Origin: Polyangiaceae bacterium
GTDB taxonomy: Bacteria > Myxococcota_A > Polyangia > Polyangiales > Polyangiaceae
Direction of reading: 5' to 3'
DNA length: 64,000 bases
Assembly: GCA_044222475.1 (NCBI GenBank)
Contig: JBGANF010000010.1
Span: 43,244 to 107,243 of the forward strand
In this document: piece by piece, positions 1-9,741 of the stretch
Numbering within the stretch: the first letter of the stretch is position 1
Layout: the number at the start of each line of letters is the position of its first letter
Position numbers and translations under genes: made by a program
The notes under the pieces: model-generated
What the model was told of the DNA's origin: nothing
The model's input: the letters and a program-made list of their open reading frames with translations, nothing else
Databases searched by the model: none

Positions 1-1193
1 CCGATCGGATCGAAGGTCAGGCGCTCGTGGCGCTCGCGTGGGCGCGCGATCCGGCGCGGCCGGATGCGCCTCCGCCGGAGGTCGCCGAGACGATCGCGAA
101 GGGCGAAGGCCTCCCCCTCCCGCTCCGCACGATCCCGCACGCGCTCGCGGCGATCCAAGCGGTCGACAAGCACGACTACGCGACCGTCAAGACCGAGGTC
201 CAAGCCGGCCTCGCCGTCGTCGACAGCCCGGGCATGGCCTCGTGGCTCGGCATCGTCGCGCTCAACACCGGCGACGAGAGCCTCGCGCGGAAGGCGGCCC
301 TCGCTGCGGTCGCGTTCTCGGCCGTGTATCCGCCGGCGCGCGTGCTCGCCGCGCGCGTCGCGCTCCTCGGCGATCGCCTGGACGAGGCGCTCAAGGCCAC
401 GGAGGACCTCGACCCCACGTCCCCGGACGTCGCCGTGGTCCGCGCAGCCGCCGCGTACGAGCGCGTCGATGCGACGTCGCTCGGCGGCGCGCTCGAGGCC
501 GTACCGATCGAGGGACGCAAGCTCCCGTTCCTCACGGCGCTCACGACGGCTCAAGACGTGCTCCTCGGCCGGCTGCAGCTCCCGCCGGACAAGATCCTCG
601 AGCTCGCCGACGACGACGCGCCATGGGCCGACGTCGTCGCGATGGACCTCGCGCTCGACCTCGGTGACGTGGAGACGGCCGCGAAGATCGCCGAGCTCTG
701 GAAGGGCACCGAGGACCGCGCGCTCCGCGCGCTGCGCCTGTCTCGCCTCGCCCGCTACCAGGGCAAGCTCGACGACGCGGACAAGTACAGCCTCACCGCC
801 CTCACGACCGGCTCGGTGACGACGCGCTCCTTGGCCGAGCGCGTCTACGTCCTCGTCGCGCGAGAGAAGTCGCACGAGGCGGGGCCGCTCCTCGCGAAAT
901 ACCCGCTCGTCCTCGGGACGATGTCGGGGTGGCTCAGCGGCTACGCGACCGCATCGGCCGGCAAGGTGGACGATGCGCGCGGGCGCACGGCGAGCCTCGA
1001 GCCGCCCCCGTCCCTCGCGCCGGCTCCGGCCCGCACGATCGCCGCCATGTCGCTCGCAGCGATGAAGGATCGGCGTCGCGGACCGGACTACGTTCACGAC
1101 CTGTTCGCATCCGGGATCGTGAACCCGGACACGGCGCGCGCGGGCGAGATCTTCGCGGTGAAGCCGCCGAACCGTCCGCCGCCGAAGCGGTGA
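1..1193 (+). CDS. C-terminal part of a large Ala/Leu-rich helical-repeat (TPR-like) hypothetical protein, probably truncated by the window start
   Basis: ORF 27..1193 with typical high-GC codon use and helical-repeat-like composition; stop overlaps the next start (GTGA at 1190-1193). Confidence 0.6.
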   Translation, partial: DRIEGQALVALAWARDPARPDAPPPEVAETIAKGEGLPLPLRTIPHALAAIQAVDKHDYATVKTEVQAGLAVVDSPGMASWLGIVALNTGDESLARKAALAAVAFSAVYPPARVLAARVALLGDRLDEALKATEDLDPTSPDVAVVRAAAAYERVDATSLGGALEAVPIEGRKLPFLTALTTAQDVLLGRLQLPPDKILELADDDAPWADVVAMDLALDLGDVETAAKIAELWKGTEDRALRALRLSRLARYQGKLDDADKYSLTALTTGSVTTRSLAERVYVLVAREKSHEAGPLLAKYPLVLGTMSGWLSGYATASAGKVDDARGRTASLEPPPSLAPAPARTIAAMSLAAMKDRRRGPDYVHDLFASGIVNPDTARAGEIFAVKPPNRPPPKR

Positions 1194-2416
1194 CGCGCCT
1201 GGGCTCGCGCTCGCTCCCGCCGCGCTCGCCGTTCGCTTCGCGCTTCGCGCTGTCGCCCGACGTGTGTTTCTTGAACCACGGGTCGTTCGGTGCGACCCCG
1301 CGCGAGCTCTCGAAGCTGCAGACCGAGCTGCGCGATCGCGCCGAGGCGAACCCGATGCAGTTCTGGGTGCGCGACCTCGAGCCGTTGCTCGACCGCTCGC
1401 GCGCCGCGCTCGCCGCGCTCGTCGGTGCTCGACCGGGAGAGATCGCGTTCGTCCCGAACGCCACGGCGGCAGTGAGCACCGTCCTACGGAGCTTGCGGTT
1501 TCGCGACGGTGACGAGCTCCTGACGACCGATCACGCGTACAACGCGTGCAAGAACGCGCTCGACTTCGTCGCCAGCGCGTCTGGGGCCAAGGTCGTGGTG
1601 GCGCGGATACCGTTTCCGATCGCTCGCGAGGAAGACGCGATCACCCCGGTGCTCGACGCCGTGACGCCGCGCACGCGGCTCGTGCTCCTCGATCACGTGA
1701 CGAGCCCGACCGGCCTCGTCATGCCCATCGCGCCGCTGGCGAGCGAGCTCCGAGCGCGCGGGGTCGACCTGCTGGTCGACGGCGCCCACGCGCCCGGCAT
1801 GATCCCGCTCGATCTGGGCGCGCTCGGCGTGCCCTTCTACACCGGCAACTGCCACAAGTGGCTCTGCACGCCCAAGAGCGCGGCGATGTTCTACGTCCGC
1901 GAGGATCGGCAGGCCGAGATCCGTCCGCTCGCCATCAGCCACGGCGCGAACGCGACGCGAACGGATCGCTCGCGGTTCCTCATCGAGCACGATTGGGTCG
2001 GCACGATCGACCCGACGCCGTACCTCGTGGTCGCCGATGCGATCGCGTGGCTGTCGGGGATCTTCCCCGGTGGAATCGGCGAGGTGATGAAGCGCAATCG
2101 GGCGCTCGCGCTCGAGGCGCGCGCGATCCTCTGCGAGGCGCTCGGGGTGGAGGCTCCCTCGCCCGAGTCGATGATCGGCTCGCTGGCGGCGGTGCCGCTG
2201 CCCGACGGAAGAGGCACGGGTGCGCCGTCGGCGCTGAGTTGGGGAGACGACCTGCAGCGACGCCTCTGGGAGAACCACTCCATCGAGGTCCCGATCGTGC
2301 CGTGGCCGCGGGCCCCGAAGCGGCTCGTGCGGGTCAGCGCGCAGATCTACGATTCGCGTGAAGAATACACGTATCTGGCGGATGCCCTTCGGGAGGAGCT
2401 CGCCGCGGAGAGGTGA
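1190..2416 (+). CDS. Aminotransferase class V PLP enzyme (isopenicillin N epimerase / hercynylcysteine sulfoxide lyase-like)
   Basis: FLNHGSFG, DHVTSPTG, VDGAHAPG and GNCHKWLC (PLP Lys) motifs; GTG at 1190 coupled to the upstream stop. Confidence 0.85.
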   Translation: MTRLGSRSLPPRSPFASRFALSPDVCFLNHGSFGATPRELSKLQTELRDRAEANPMQFWVRDLEPLLDRSRAALAALVGARPGEIAFVPNATAAVSTVLRSLRFRDGDELLTTDHAYNACKNALDFVASASGAKVVVARIPFPIAREEDAITPVLDAVTPRTRLVLLDHVTSPTGLVMPIAPLASELRARGVDLLVDGAHAPGMIPLDLGALGVPFYTGNCHKWLCTPKSAAMFYVREDRQAEIRPLAISHGANATRTDRSRFLIEHDWVGTIDPTPYLVVADAIAWLSGIFPGGIGEVMKRNRALALEARAILCEALGVEAPSPESMIGSLAAVPLPDGRGTGAPSALSWGDDLQRRLWENHSIEVPIVPWPRAPKRLVRVSAQIYDSREEYTYLADALREELAAER

Positions 2417-2423
2417 GCTCGGG

Positions 2424-3560
2424 TCAGCGCTTCTGCGGCTGGCCGACCGGCGCGAGGCCGCCGGAGGTGCGGCCTTCGACCATCATGCGGAGCTCGTCGG
2501 GCTCGAGGGATCGGCCCATCGCCTCTTCGAGGGAGATGATGCGCCGGGCGTAGAGCGAGAAGAGCGACTGGTTGAGGGTCTGCATCCCGTGCTTGTCCTG
2601 GCCGACCTGCATCGAGCTGTAGATCTGGTGGACCTTGTCTTCGCGGATGAGGTTTCGGATCGCCGGGTTGGGCAGCATGACCTCGAGCGCCATCACGCGG
2701 CCGGGGGCGCCGAGGCGGGGGATGAGCTGCTGGCTGATGACGCCTTGGAGGACGAAGGACAGCTTCGCGCGAACCTGCTGCTGCTGGTGCGGCGGGAAGA
2801 CGTCGATGATGCGGTTGATGGTCGAGACCGCGCTGTTGGTGTGGAGCGTCGCGAAGACGAGGTGACCCGTCTCGCTGATGGTGAGGGCGGCCTCGATGGT
2901 CTCGAGGTCTCGCATTTCGCCGACGAGCACGACGTCCGGGTCCTGCCGGAGGGCGTACTTGAGGGCGGTCTTGAACGCCTCGGTGTCGGTGCCGACCTCG
3001 CGTTGGTTGACGACGCTGAGCTTGTGCGGGTGGAGATACTCGATCGGGTCTTCGATCGTGATGATGTGCAGCCGCTGCTCGGTGTTGATCTTGTCGATCA
3101 TCGACGCGAGCGTGGTGCTCTTGCCGGAGCCGGTCGGGCCGGTGACGAGGACGAGACCGCTCGGCTTCTGGGCGAGGTCGGCGACCGCGGGCGGCAGGCC
3201 GAGCTCCTCGAACGTGAGGATCTTGAACGGGATGGTTCGGAACGCGCCGGCGACGTTGTCGCGCTGCATGAAGATGTTGGCGCGGAATCGAGAAAGGCCG
3301 CGGACGCCGAACGCGAAGTCGAGCTCGTTGGCTTGCTCGAACGCGATCTTCTGCTCCTCGGTGAGGATGGTGTAGCAGAGGCGCTTCGTGTCGACCGGCT
3401 CGAGCTTGGGGAGCTTGAGCGGTACGATCGCCCCGTCGATGCGGAGGAGCGGCGGAGATCCCGTCGTGATGTGGAGGTCGCTGGCTCCCTTCTCGATCAT
3501 GGCGCGAAGAAGCTGGTGGAGCTGGACCTGTCCCGCGGTCTCGGGCGGCTGTTGGGTCAT
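2424..3560 (-). CDS. pilT: Type IV pilus retraction ATPase PilT
   Basis: GASDLH, Walker A GPTGSGKSTT, TIEDPIE, VGEMRD, His box TLHTNSA and the PilT signature AIRNLIRE. Confidence 0.95.
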   Translation of the reverse strand: MTQQPPETAGQVQLHQLLRAMIEKGASDLHITTGSPPLLRIDGAIVPLKLPKLEPVDTKRLCYTILTEEQKIAFEQANELDFAFGVRGLSRFRANIFMQRDNVAGAFRTIPFKILTFEELGLPPAVADLAQKPSGLVLVTGPTGSGKSTTLASMIDKINTEQRLHIITIEDPIEYLHPHKLSVVNQREVGTDTEAFKTALKYALRQDPDVVLVGEMRDLETIEAALTISETGHLVFATLHTNSAVSTINRIIDVFPPHQQQQVRAKLSFVLQGVISQQLIPRLGAPGRVMALEVMLPNPAIRNLIREDKVHQIYSSMQVGQDKHGMQTLNQSLFSLYARRIISLEEAMGRSLEPDELRMMVEGRTSGGLAPVGQPQKR

Positions 3561-4747
3561 GGTCGCAGACTATCACGCGCGAGGACTGCGGCGATGCGCT
3601 CCGCGCCGCGGTCGATGTCGCCTACATCGTGGTACGGCCCGAAGCCGAACCGGAGGCGGTCGCCGCGGACGTCGGTGACGACCTTGGCCTCGGCGAGCCG
3701 ATCGTGGAGGCGTTTCGCGGGTCCGTCGGTGCCGGGGAGTCGAAACGTGAGGAAGCTCCCGCGGCGCGGTTCGTCGACGGGGACGACGAGGTTCTTGGGG
3801 TCGAGCGCAGGAGCGCGACCGCCGAGCGCCTCGACGAAGCGGCGCTGCATCGCGTGGGCGTGGCGGTGGATGTCGGGGACGGTGACGTTCTCCTTCAGGA
3901 GAAGGCGTTGCACGGCGTTGAAGCGGAAGATCGCGGACGGGTCGAACGTCGCGCCGAGGAAGCGACTCCCGTCGGCCGCGTAGGGGACGGGCCCGCCGGA
4001 GGCAGACTCCAGGGCGAAGAAGGCGGCGAACCAACCGGTGTTCGGCGGGCGCGGGAACGCGCCGGCGGGGGCATGGAGAAAGCACGCGCCCTCCCCGGCC
4101 ATGGCGTACTTGTAGCCACCGGCGAGGTAGAAGGCGCGGTCGGCGATGGCCGAGAGGTCGGTGTCGACGGCCATGAAGCCGTGGTACCCGTCGATGACGA
4201 TGGCTGCCTTGGTCGTCGAGATCGAGCGGACGAGCGCGTCGACGTCTACGACGTAGCCGGAGTCGAAGAAGACCTGGCTGGTCCACACGAGGTCGTACTC
4301 GCTCGCGCGCGCGGCGGTGGTGAAGCGCTCGACGAACGATGCGAAGGGCTCGGTCGCGACGCGGACGACTTGGACTGCGCCGGCCTCTTCGAGCCGCGAG
4401 ACTTGACGGGAGAAGGAGTGGAACTCGCCGTCGGTGGTGAGGATGCGCGCGGGCCTGTCGGAGGGGAGGCAGGAGAGGATGCGAACGACGAATTCGTGGG
4501 TGTTGGGGGCGAAAGCGAGGGTTCGACCGTCGCCGAGCCGAAGGATGCGGGCGACGTGCTCGTGGGCTTCGCGCCATGGGCCGGCGAAGAAGGGGCCCCA
4601 TTTCCCGTCGGCGTGGCGGGCGGCGAGCTCCCACGCGTCGAGGTGCGCGTCGCGGGTCACGTCGGGCCAATAGTGGTGCGAGTGCGCTGCGAAGTGGATG
4701 CGCTCGGGGTCGCCGGCGAGGAAGCGCGCGAAGTGCGCCTTGAGCAT
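3557..4747 (-). CDS. Aminotransferase class V PLP enzyme (kynureninase-like)
   Basis: HFAAHSHH, IDGYHGF and GGYKYAMAGEG (PLP Lys) motifs; stop overlaps the pilT start (ATGA). Confidence 0.75.
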   Translation of the reverse strand: MLKAHFARFLAGDPERIHFAAHSHHYWPDVTRDAHLDAWELAARHADGKWGPFFAGPWREAHEHVARILRLGDGRTLAFAPNTHEFVVRILSCLPSDRPARILTTDGEFHSFSRQVSRLEEAGAVQVVRVATEPFASFVERFTTAARASEYDLVWTSQVFFDSGYVVDVDALVRSISTTKAAIVIDGYHGFMAVDTDLSAIADRAFYLAGGYKYAMAGEGACFLHAPAGAFPRPPNTGWFAAFFALESASGGPVPYAADGSRFLGATFDPSAIFRFNAVQRLLLKENVTVPDIHRHAHAMQRRFVEALGGRAPALDPKNLVVPVDEPRRGSFLTFRLPGTDGPAKRLHDRLAEAKVVTDVRGDRLRFGFGPYHDVGDIDRGAERIAAVLARDSLRP

Positions 4748-4765
4748 CGCCCGGTCATAGCAGAG

Positions 4766-5395
4766 TCAATGGAGGTGCGCAGCCTCGTCGTCGTGGTCGG
4801 CTTCGTAGCACGGCGCGATCGGTCCCCACGCAGCGTACCAAATTGGGACGTAGTCGATGCGGTTGGGGTTCCCGCGAACGTCGGCGTGATGGAAGCGGTC
4901 GTCGTCTTCGGTCATCTCCCAAGGATTGTGGAGCCCGATGCCGAACTCGCGACGAAACTCTTGGATGCTGGATTCGAGACGGTGGACGGTGGTCTCCCAG
5001 CCTTTGCGAAACTTGGCCGGTTTCTTCGCGAATGCCGCTTTGAGCGCGAGCTCGAGGAACGGCTCGACGGTGGTGCGATGGTAGATGGTGCGCAGCGCGT
5101 GCTCGCCGCGCTTGGTGAGGTCGAGTCGGACCTGGCGTCGGTCGCACGGGCATTGGGAGCGCTCGACGAAGCCGAGACTCTCCAGTGTGCGGACCATGCG
5201 GCTGACGACGGCTGCGCTGACGCAGAGGTGGCGCCGCAAAGTGCTCTGGAGCATGCCCAGGGAGTCGCGACCCTCGAGGATGGCGCGAAGCATGTCGAGC
5301 CGAGCAGGTGTGAGGCCGACCTCGGCGGTGCCGCCGCGAGTGAACCGGACGGCGGTGAGGTGGGCGTGTTTCATTTCGAAGAAGACGGTGTGCAT
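4766..5395 (-). CDS. MarR-family winged-helix regulator with C-terminal extension
   Basis: GLTPARLDML...VSRMVRTLESLGFVER...DRRQVRLDLTKRG wHTH pattern; ATG at 5395 chosen because of the sigma54-like site (ORF track starts at 5413). Confidence 0.75.
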   Translation of the reverse strand: MHTVFFEMKHAHLTAVRFTRGGTAEVGLTPARLDMLRAILEGRDSLGMLQSTLRRHLCVSAAVVSRMVRTLESLGFVERSQCPCDRRQVRLDLTKRGEHALRTIYHRTTVEPFLELALKAAFAKKPAKFRKGWETTVHRLESSIQEFRREFGIGLHNPWEMTEDDDRFHHADVRGNPNRIDYVPIWYAAWGPIAPCYEADHDDEAAHLH

Positions 5396-5408
5396 GTTCC
5401 GCAAGGAG

Positions 5409-5425
5409 AGCACCTCTCGTGCCAG
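5409..5425 (-). promoter_or_regulatory. Putative sigma54 (-24/-12) promoter of the MarR gene
   Basis: Minus strand CTGGCACGAGAGGTGCT = TGGCAC with GG-N10-GC spacing. Confidence 0.55.
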
Positions 5426-5471
5426 CCCCCGCCGGGGACCGCCCCCGCACGGTCCGGCACAAAACGAGGCA

Positions 5472-5493
5472 GATCGTGATCATGATCACGATC
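5472..5493. promoter_or_regulatory. Perfect 22-bp palindrome, candidate operator
   Basis: GATCGTGATCATGATCACGATC is its own reverse complement and lies upstream of the MarR gene. Confidence 0.5.
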
Positions 5494-5545
5494 CGTCCCG
5501 TAGTGAGGGGGTGGCGCGGTGGCGGGGTCGGTGGCGGCGCGCCAC

Positions 5546-8080
5546 TCAGGGCGTCGCGTCGGCTCCGGCGCCGGCGTCCGTGTCGTAGGGGTTGGCTGGC
5601 AGCTCCACGACCTCGGTGGGCTCGGTCCCCGCCAGGAACACTTCGTCCATCACGTCGTCGTCGCCTTCCGGCGGCAGCTTCCCGGTCTTCTTGTCGATTC
5701 GAACCGTCACCACCCCAGCGGGCCTCGGGAAGTCGCTCGCCGGCTTCTTGTCGTGCGCCACCTTCATGAACTCGATCCACGCCGGCAACGCCGTCTGCGC
5801 ACCCGTCTCTCCGGCGCCGAGCGCCTTCCCGTCGTCGTAGCCAACCCAGACGACCGCCGCCAGCTCCGTGGAGTAGCCCGCAAACCACGTGTCCTTCGAC
5901 GCGTTGCTCGTCCCCGTCTTTCCTGCCAGCGGCCGCGCCAACGAGCGCGCTCGCACCGCCGTGCCGTGGTCCACCACGCTCGTCAGCATGTTCGTCGTCA
6001 GGTACGCCTCCGACTCGTCGAGCACTCGACGCGGCGGCGGCATCTCCGGCAGCGCTCGCTCCTTGCCGTCGGGACCGACGATCTTCGTCACGATCCGCGG
6101 CTCGTCGTACATCCCGCCCGACGCGAACGTCGCATACGCGCCGCAGAGCTCGAGCGGCTCGATCTCGTAGCTCCCGAGCGCCAGCGACAGATCCGGCTTC
6201 ATCGTCGAACGAATGCCGAGCGACTGCGCATACGAGACGACGTTCGCCGGCCCCACGCTCGCGAGGACACGCACGGCAACCACGTTCACCGAGTTGGCGA
6301 GCGCCTCGCGGAGGCGCAACGGGTCCTTCCCCGTCCATCCCTCGTAGTTGCTCGGCTTGTAGCCACCGGGGAACACGTCCGGGTTCGGATCGACGAGCGT
6401 CGCCGGCGTGAACGCCCGCGACCGAAGGCCGTACGAGTAGACGATCGGCTTGAACGTCGACCCCGGCTGTCGCTTCGACTGCGTCGCTCGGTCGAGCCCG
6501 CCGCTCGCCGCTTCGTAGTTGCCCACGAGCGCCACGATCTGCCGCGTCCGCACGTCGATCGCCACGAACGCCCCCTCCGGACCGCTCTCGAGACGCAGCG
6601 GCACCCTCACCGGCGGCGCGTTCGGATCCGCCTTCGCCGGATCCGCCACCGGCCCCAGCAGACTCACCCGCACGAGCGCCCCCTGCGGCGCGAACTTGCT
6701 CGGCGGCAGCTGCCCAGGGTTGTAGCGCGCGTAGTCGGCGAGCTTGATTTGCCCCGTGACCGTCCCGACCGTGACGTCGAACGTGCCCGCCGCGTCGTCG
6801 CTCGCCGCGACTTCGCCGATCAACACCTTGTGCTGATCGAAGCTCGGCGTCCCGGTGAACGGCGGTTCCTTCGGCGGAGGCGGCTTGATGACGTGACCCT
6901 TCTTGTCGGTCGTCGGTTGCGGCGGCGGCTTCAGCGGCCCCACGGCGCCCTTCCGCTTGTCGTACGCCACCAACGCATCACGCACCGCCGTGCGCGCCGC
7001 AGTCTGCAACTTCGGATCGATGCTGGTCGTGATCGTGAATCCGCCCAGCTTCTCTTCGTCGGGCGCGACCTCCTTCAGCATCCGCTTCGCGAGCTCCACC
7101 GCCTCCGGCGCAAGCTCTCCGTTGACGGGAACCACCGCCGCCAGCGTGATCGTCTCGCCCTTCGCGGCTTCGAACTGCGCGTCGTCGAGGAACTTCTTCT
7201 GGTGCATCTGGCCCAGCACGAAGTCCCGCCGCTGCAGCGCCTTGTCGAAGTGCTTTCGCGGGTTGTACGACTCCGGCCCGGCCACGGTCCCAGCGAGCAT
7301 CGCGGCCTCGCCGATGGTGAGATCCTTCGCGCTCTTTCCGAACGCGTTGCGCGCCGCCTCCTCCACGCCGTAGCGCCCGTCGCCGAAGTAGATGTGGTTC
7401 AAGTACAGCTCGAGGATCTCGTCCTTGGAGAGCTCTTGCTCCAACCGCCGCGCCAGCAGCGCCTCGCGGATCTTGCGGCGGAAGGTCTTCTCCTGATCGA
7501 GCAGCAGGTTCTTGACCACCTGCTGCGTGATCGTCGAGCCGCCCTGTTTGAACTTCCCGCTCTTCAGGTTCACCAGCATCGCGCGCGCGATGCCCCAGTA
7601 GTTCAACCCGTCGTGCTCGTAGAAGTTCGCGTCCTCCGCGGCGAGGAACGCGAGCTTCACGTGGGGCGGGAGCGACGCGATCGAGATGACCGTTCTCCGC
7701 TCGGTGAAGATCTCGGCGAGAAGCGTCCCGTCCTTGGCGAGGACCCGCGTCGTCTGCGCGGGGTGATAGTTCCCCTTCAGATCGGCGACCGAGGGGAGAT
7801 CCTCCTCGTAGTGCTTCACCATGATCCAGAAGCCGATCACCGAGGCGATCGCGAGCACCGCGCACGCGATCCCCACTCGCTTGGTCCAGCGAAGCAGCGC
7901 CACCCGGACGCGCTTCCACTTCGCAGCCCGCACGGCCGCCGGCGACTCGGGGACGGTCGTCTTCGATCGCTTCGTCGCCGGTAGCGGTGCCGCCACGTTC
8001 ACGTCCTTGGAAACGCTGGAGGTACCCGGGGCGCTTCCGCGGACCTTCCGGTTCGGCGGATCGGGCTCAGTTGCTGCCAA
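5546..8080 (-). CDS. mrcA: Class A penicillin-binding protein (PBP1A family, transglycosylase + transpeptidase)
   Basis: N-terminal TM; TG motifs EDANFYEHDG, GGSTITQQVVKN, RKIRE, YLN; TP motifs STFK, SVN, KTG. The symbol is a family-level call. Confidence 0.9.
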   Translation of the reverse strand: MAATEPDPPNRKVRGSAPGTSSVSKDVNVAAPLPATKRSKTTVPESPAAVRAAKWKRVRVALLRWTKRVGIACAVLAIASVIGFWIMVKHYEEDLPSVADLKGNYHPAQTTRVLAKDGTLLAEIFTERRTVISIASLPPHVKLAFLAAEDANFYEHDGLNYWGIARAMLVNLKSGKFKQGGSTITQQVVKNLLLDQEKTFRRKIREALLARRLEQELSKDEILELYLNHIYFGDGRYGVEEAARNAFGKSAKDLTIGEAAMLAGTVAGPESYNPRKHFDKALQRRDFVLGQMHQKKFLDDAQFEAAKGETITLAAVVPVNGELAPEAVELAKRMLKEVAPDEEKLGGFTITTSIDPKLQTAARTAVRDALVAYDKRKGAVGPLKPPPQPTTDKKGHVIKPPPPKEPPFTGTPSFDQHKVLIGEVAASDDAAGTFDVTVGTVTGQIKLADYARYNPGQLPPSKFAPQGALVRVSLLGPVADPAKADPNAPPVRVPLRLESGPEGAFVAIDVRTRQIVALVGNYEAASGGLDRATQSKRQPGSTFKPIVYSYGLRSRAFTPATLVDPNPDVFPGGYKPSNYEGWTGKDPLRLREALANSVNVVAVRVLASVGPANVVSYAQSLGIRSTMKPDLSLALGSYEIEPLELCGAYATFASGGMYDEPRIVTKIVGPDGKERALPEMPPPRRVLDESEAYLTTNMLTSVVDHGTAVRARSLARPLAGKTGTSNASKDTWFAGYSTELAAVVWVGYDDGKALGAGETGAQTALPAWIEFMKVAHDKKPASDFPRPAGVVTVRIDKKTGKLPPEGDDDVMDEVFLAGTEPTEVVELPANPYDTDAGAGADATP

Positions 8081-8573
8081 TCGCGGCCTTCGGTTTCAGC
8101 GGCGCGTAGGCCGGTTGGCCGGGGAGCTGCTCTCCGCTCGGGACGGCCACGAGCACCTCGTCGGAGCTCTGATCCGAGAGCTTCGTGGCCTGATCCGGGT
8201 CCAACCACAGGGTCCGGCACTTGACCGCGCCGAGCACCGAGTCGACGTCTTGCCGCAGGTAATAGTTACGCCCAGCCTCGACGACCATCGTCTGCGTGTC
8301 CGCGGTGTCGGCGTCGGACACGATGTGATGCTCACCCGGCTCCGCCAGGTAGCAGAAGCGCGTCCCGCCGCGCGTCGCGCCGACGAGGGTGCCGTTGTCG
8401 CGTACGGCGAACGTCACGCCTCCGGCCTCGGCGCCGGGGCGGATGACGCAGATCCGAGCGCGCCCCTCCGGGACCGCGCCGGTCAGCGGGAGCGAACCCT
8501 CCCGCTTCTCGAGCGACCACGCGGAGCACCCCGTCACGGCGACGAGGCCAAAGAGGAGAACGAGCCGGCGCAT
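8067..8573 (-). CDS. Lipoprotein, DUF2846-like
   Basis: Lipobox VTGC; ARICVIRP...EPGEH...EAGRNYYLRQ pattern. Confidence 0.6.
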   Translation of the reverse strand: MRRLVLLFGLVAVTGCSAWSLEKREGSLPLTGAVPEGRARICVIRPGAEAGGVTFAVRDNGTLVGATRGGTRFCYLAEPGEHHIVSDADTADTQTMVVEAGRNYYLRQDVDSVLGAVKCRTLWLDPDQATKLSDQSSDEVLVAVPSGEQLPGQPAYAPLKPKAAIGSN

Positions 8574-8594
8574 ACGACGAAAGGGAGTGTAGCG

Positions 8595-9701
8595 CTATTT
8601 CACGAAATGCATGACCAGCACCGCCAGCCCGATCCCGACCACGAGAAACGCGACGGCCACCCCCACGAGCAGCGGCGTCCCCGAGCGGCGCGCCGGAGGC
8701 ACCGCGGTCTTCGCCTCGTCGTCGCTCGTCTTCTCGAGCGCAGCGACCGACGACGGAGCCGACGGCGTCGGATCCGGCGCGGACGCGGGCGGGCGCGGCG
8801 TGAGCGGCGGCGGCATCACGTTCTTGCCCTCGAGCACCGCGCCGAGCGCTGCCCCGAACTCGCTCACCGAGCCGAAGCGATCCTCGGGCTTCTTCGACAG
8901 CGCCTTGTCGATGATCTGATCGAGCAACGGCGGGAACGTCTTCCCCGCCACGCGCTGCGACAGCGGGATCGGCTTCGTCGACACGTGGAACGCGAGGAAA
9001 TCCATCGCCGACTTCGCCTCGAACGGGAGCTTCCCGGTGAGGACCTCGTAGAGGATGACGGCGAGCGAGTACTGATCGCTCGACGGGTCCAACGTCTTTC
9101 CCTGAGCTTGCTCGGGGCTCATGAACTCCGGCGTGCCGAAGACCATGCCCTCTTGCGTGAGGATGACCGACCCGGGGCGCATCTCGCGCTCGGTGACCTT
9201 CGCCAACCCGAAGTCGAGAACCTTCGGGAAGTCCTTCATGCCGCCGGTCTGGCAGAGGAAGATGTTCTCCGGCTTCAGATCGCGGTGCACGATCCCGAGC
9301 CGATGCGCCTCTTCGAGCGCGCCGCACACCTGAACCATCACCGGGAGCGCGCGCTGAATCGGGAACGGCCCCTCGGCCCGGACCGTTTGGTTCAGGTTCT
9401 TGCCTTCGAGAAACTCCATCACGATGTACAGCGATCCGTCGTCGAGCTCGCCGTACAGGAACACCTTCACCGTGTTCGGGTGCGTCAGGTGGCTCATCGC
9501 CCGCGCTTCGCGGCGGAATCGCGACGCGAGGTCCTTGCGGTTCGTGAGCTTCGGGTGGAGGATCTTGACCCCCACCATCCGGTTCATCTCGGGTTGGAGC
9601 GCCTTGTAGACCGCGCCCATCCCACCGGATCCGATCTTTTGGAGGATCTGGAATTGGCCGTTAAGAATGTCACGACCGATGAACGGATCCGCCTGCGCCA
9701 T
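8595..9701 (-). CDS. Membrane-anchored Ser/Thr protein kinase
   Basis: GSGGMGAVY, VGVK, HRDLKPEN, DFG and GTPEFMSPE motifs; C-terminal TM helix. Confidence 0.93.
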   Translation of the reverse strand: MAQADPFIGRDILNGQFQILQKIGSGGMGAVYKALQPEMNRMVGVKILHPKLTNRKDLASRFRREARAMSHLTHPNTVKVFLYGELDDGSLYIVMEFLEGKNLNQTVRAEGPFPIQRALPVMVQVCGALEEAHRLGIVHRDLKPENIFLCQTGGMKDFPKVLDFGLAKVTEREMRPGSVILTQEGMVFGTPEFMSPEQAQGKTLDPSSDQYSLAVILYEVLTGKLPFEAKSAMDFLAFHVSTKPIPLSQRVAGKTFPPLLDQIIDKALSKKPEDRFGSVSEFGAALGAVLEGKNVMPPPLTPRPPASAPDPTPSAPSSVAALEKTSDDEAKTAVPPARRSGTPLLVGVAVAFLVVGIGLAVLVMHFVK

Positions 9702-9741
9702 CGCGAACGACAGTAGGTATCACAATCTCAGGATCAAGTGC

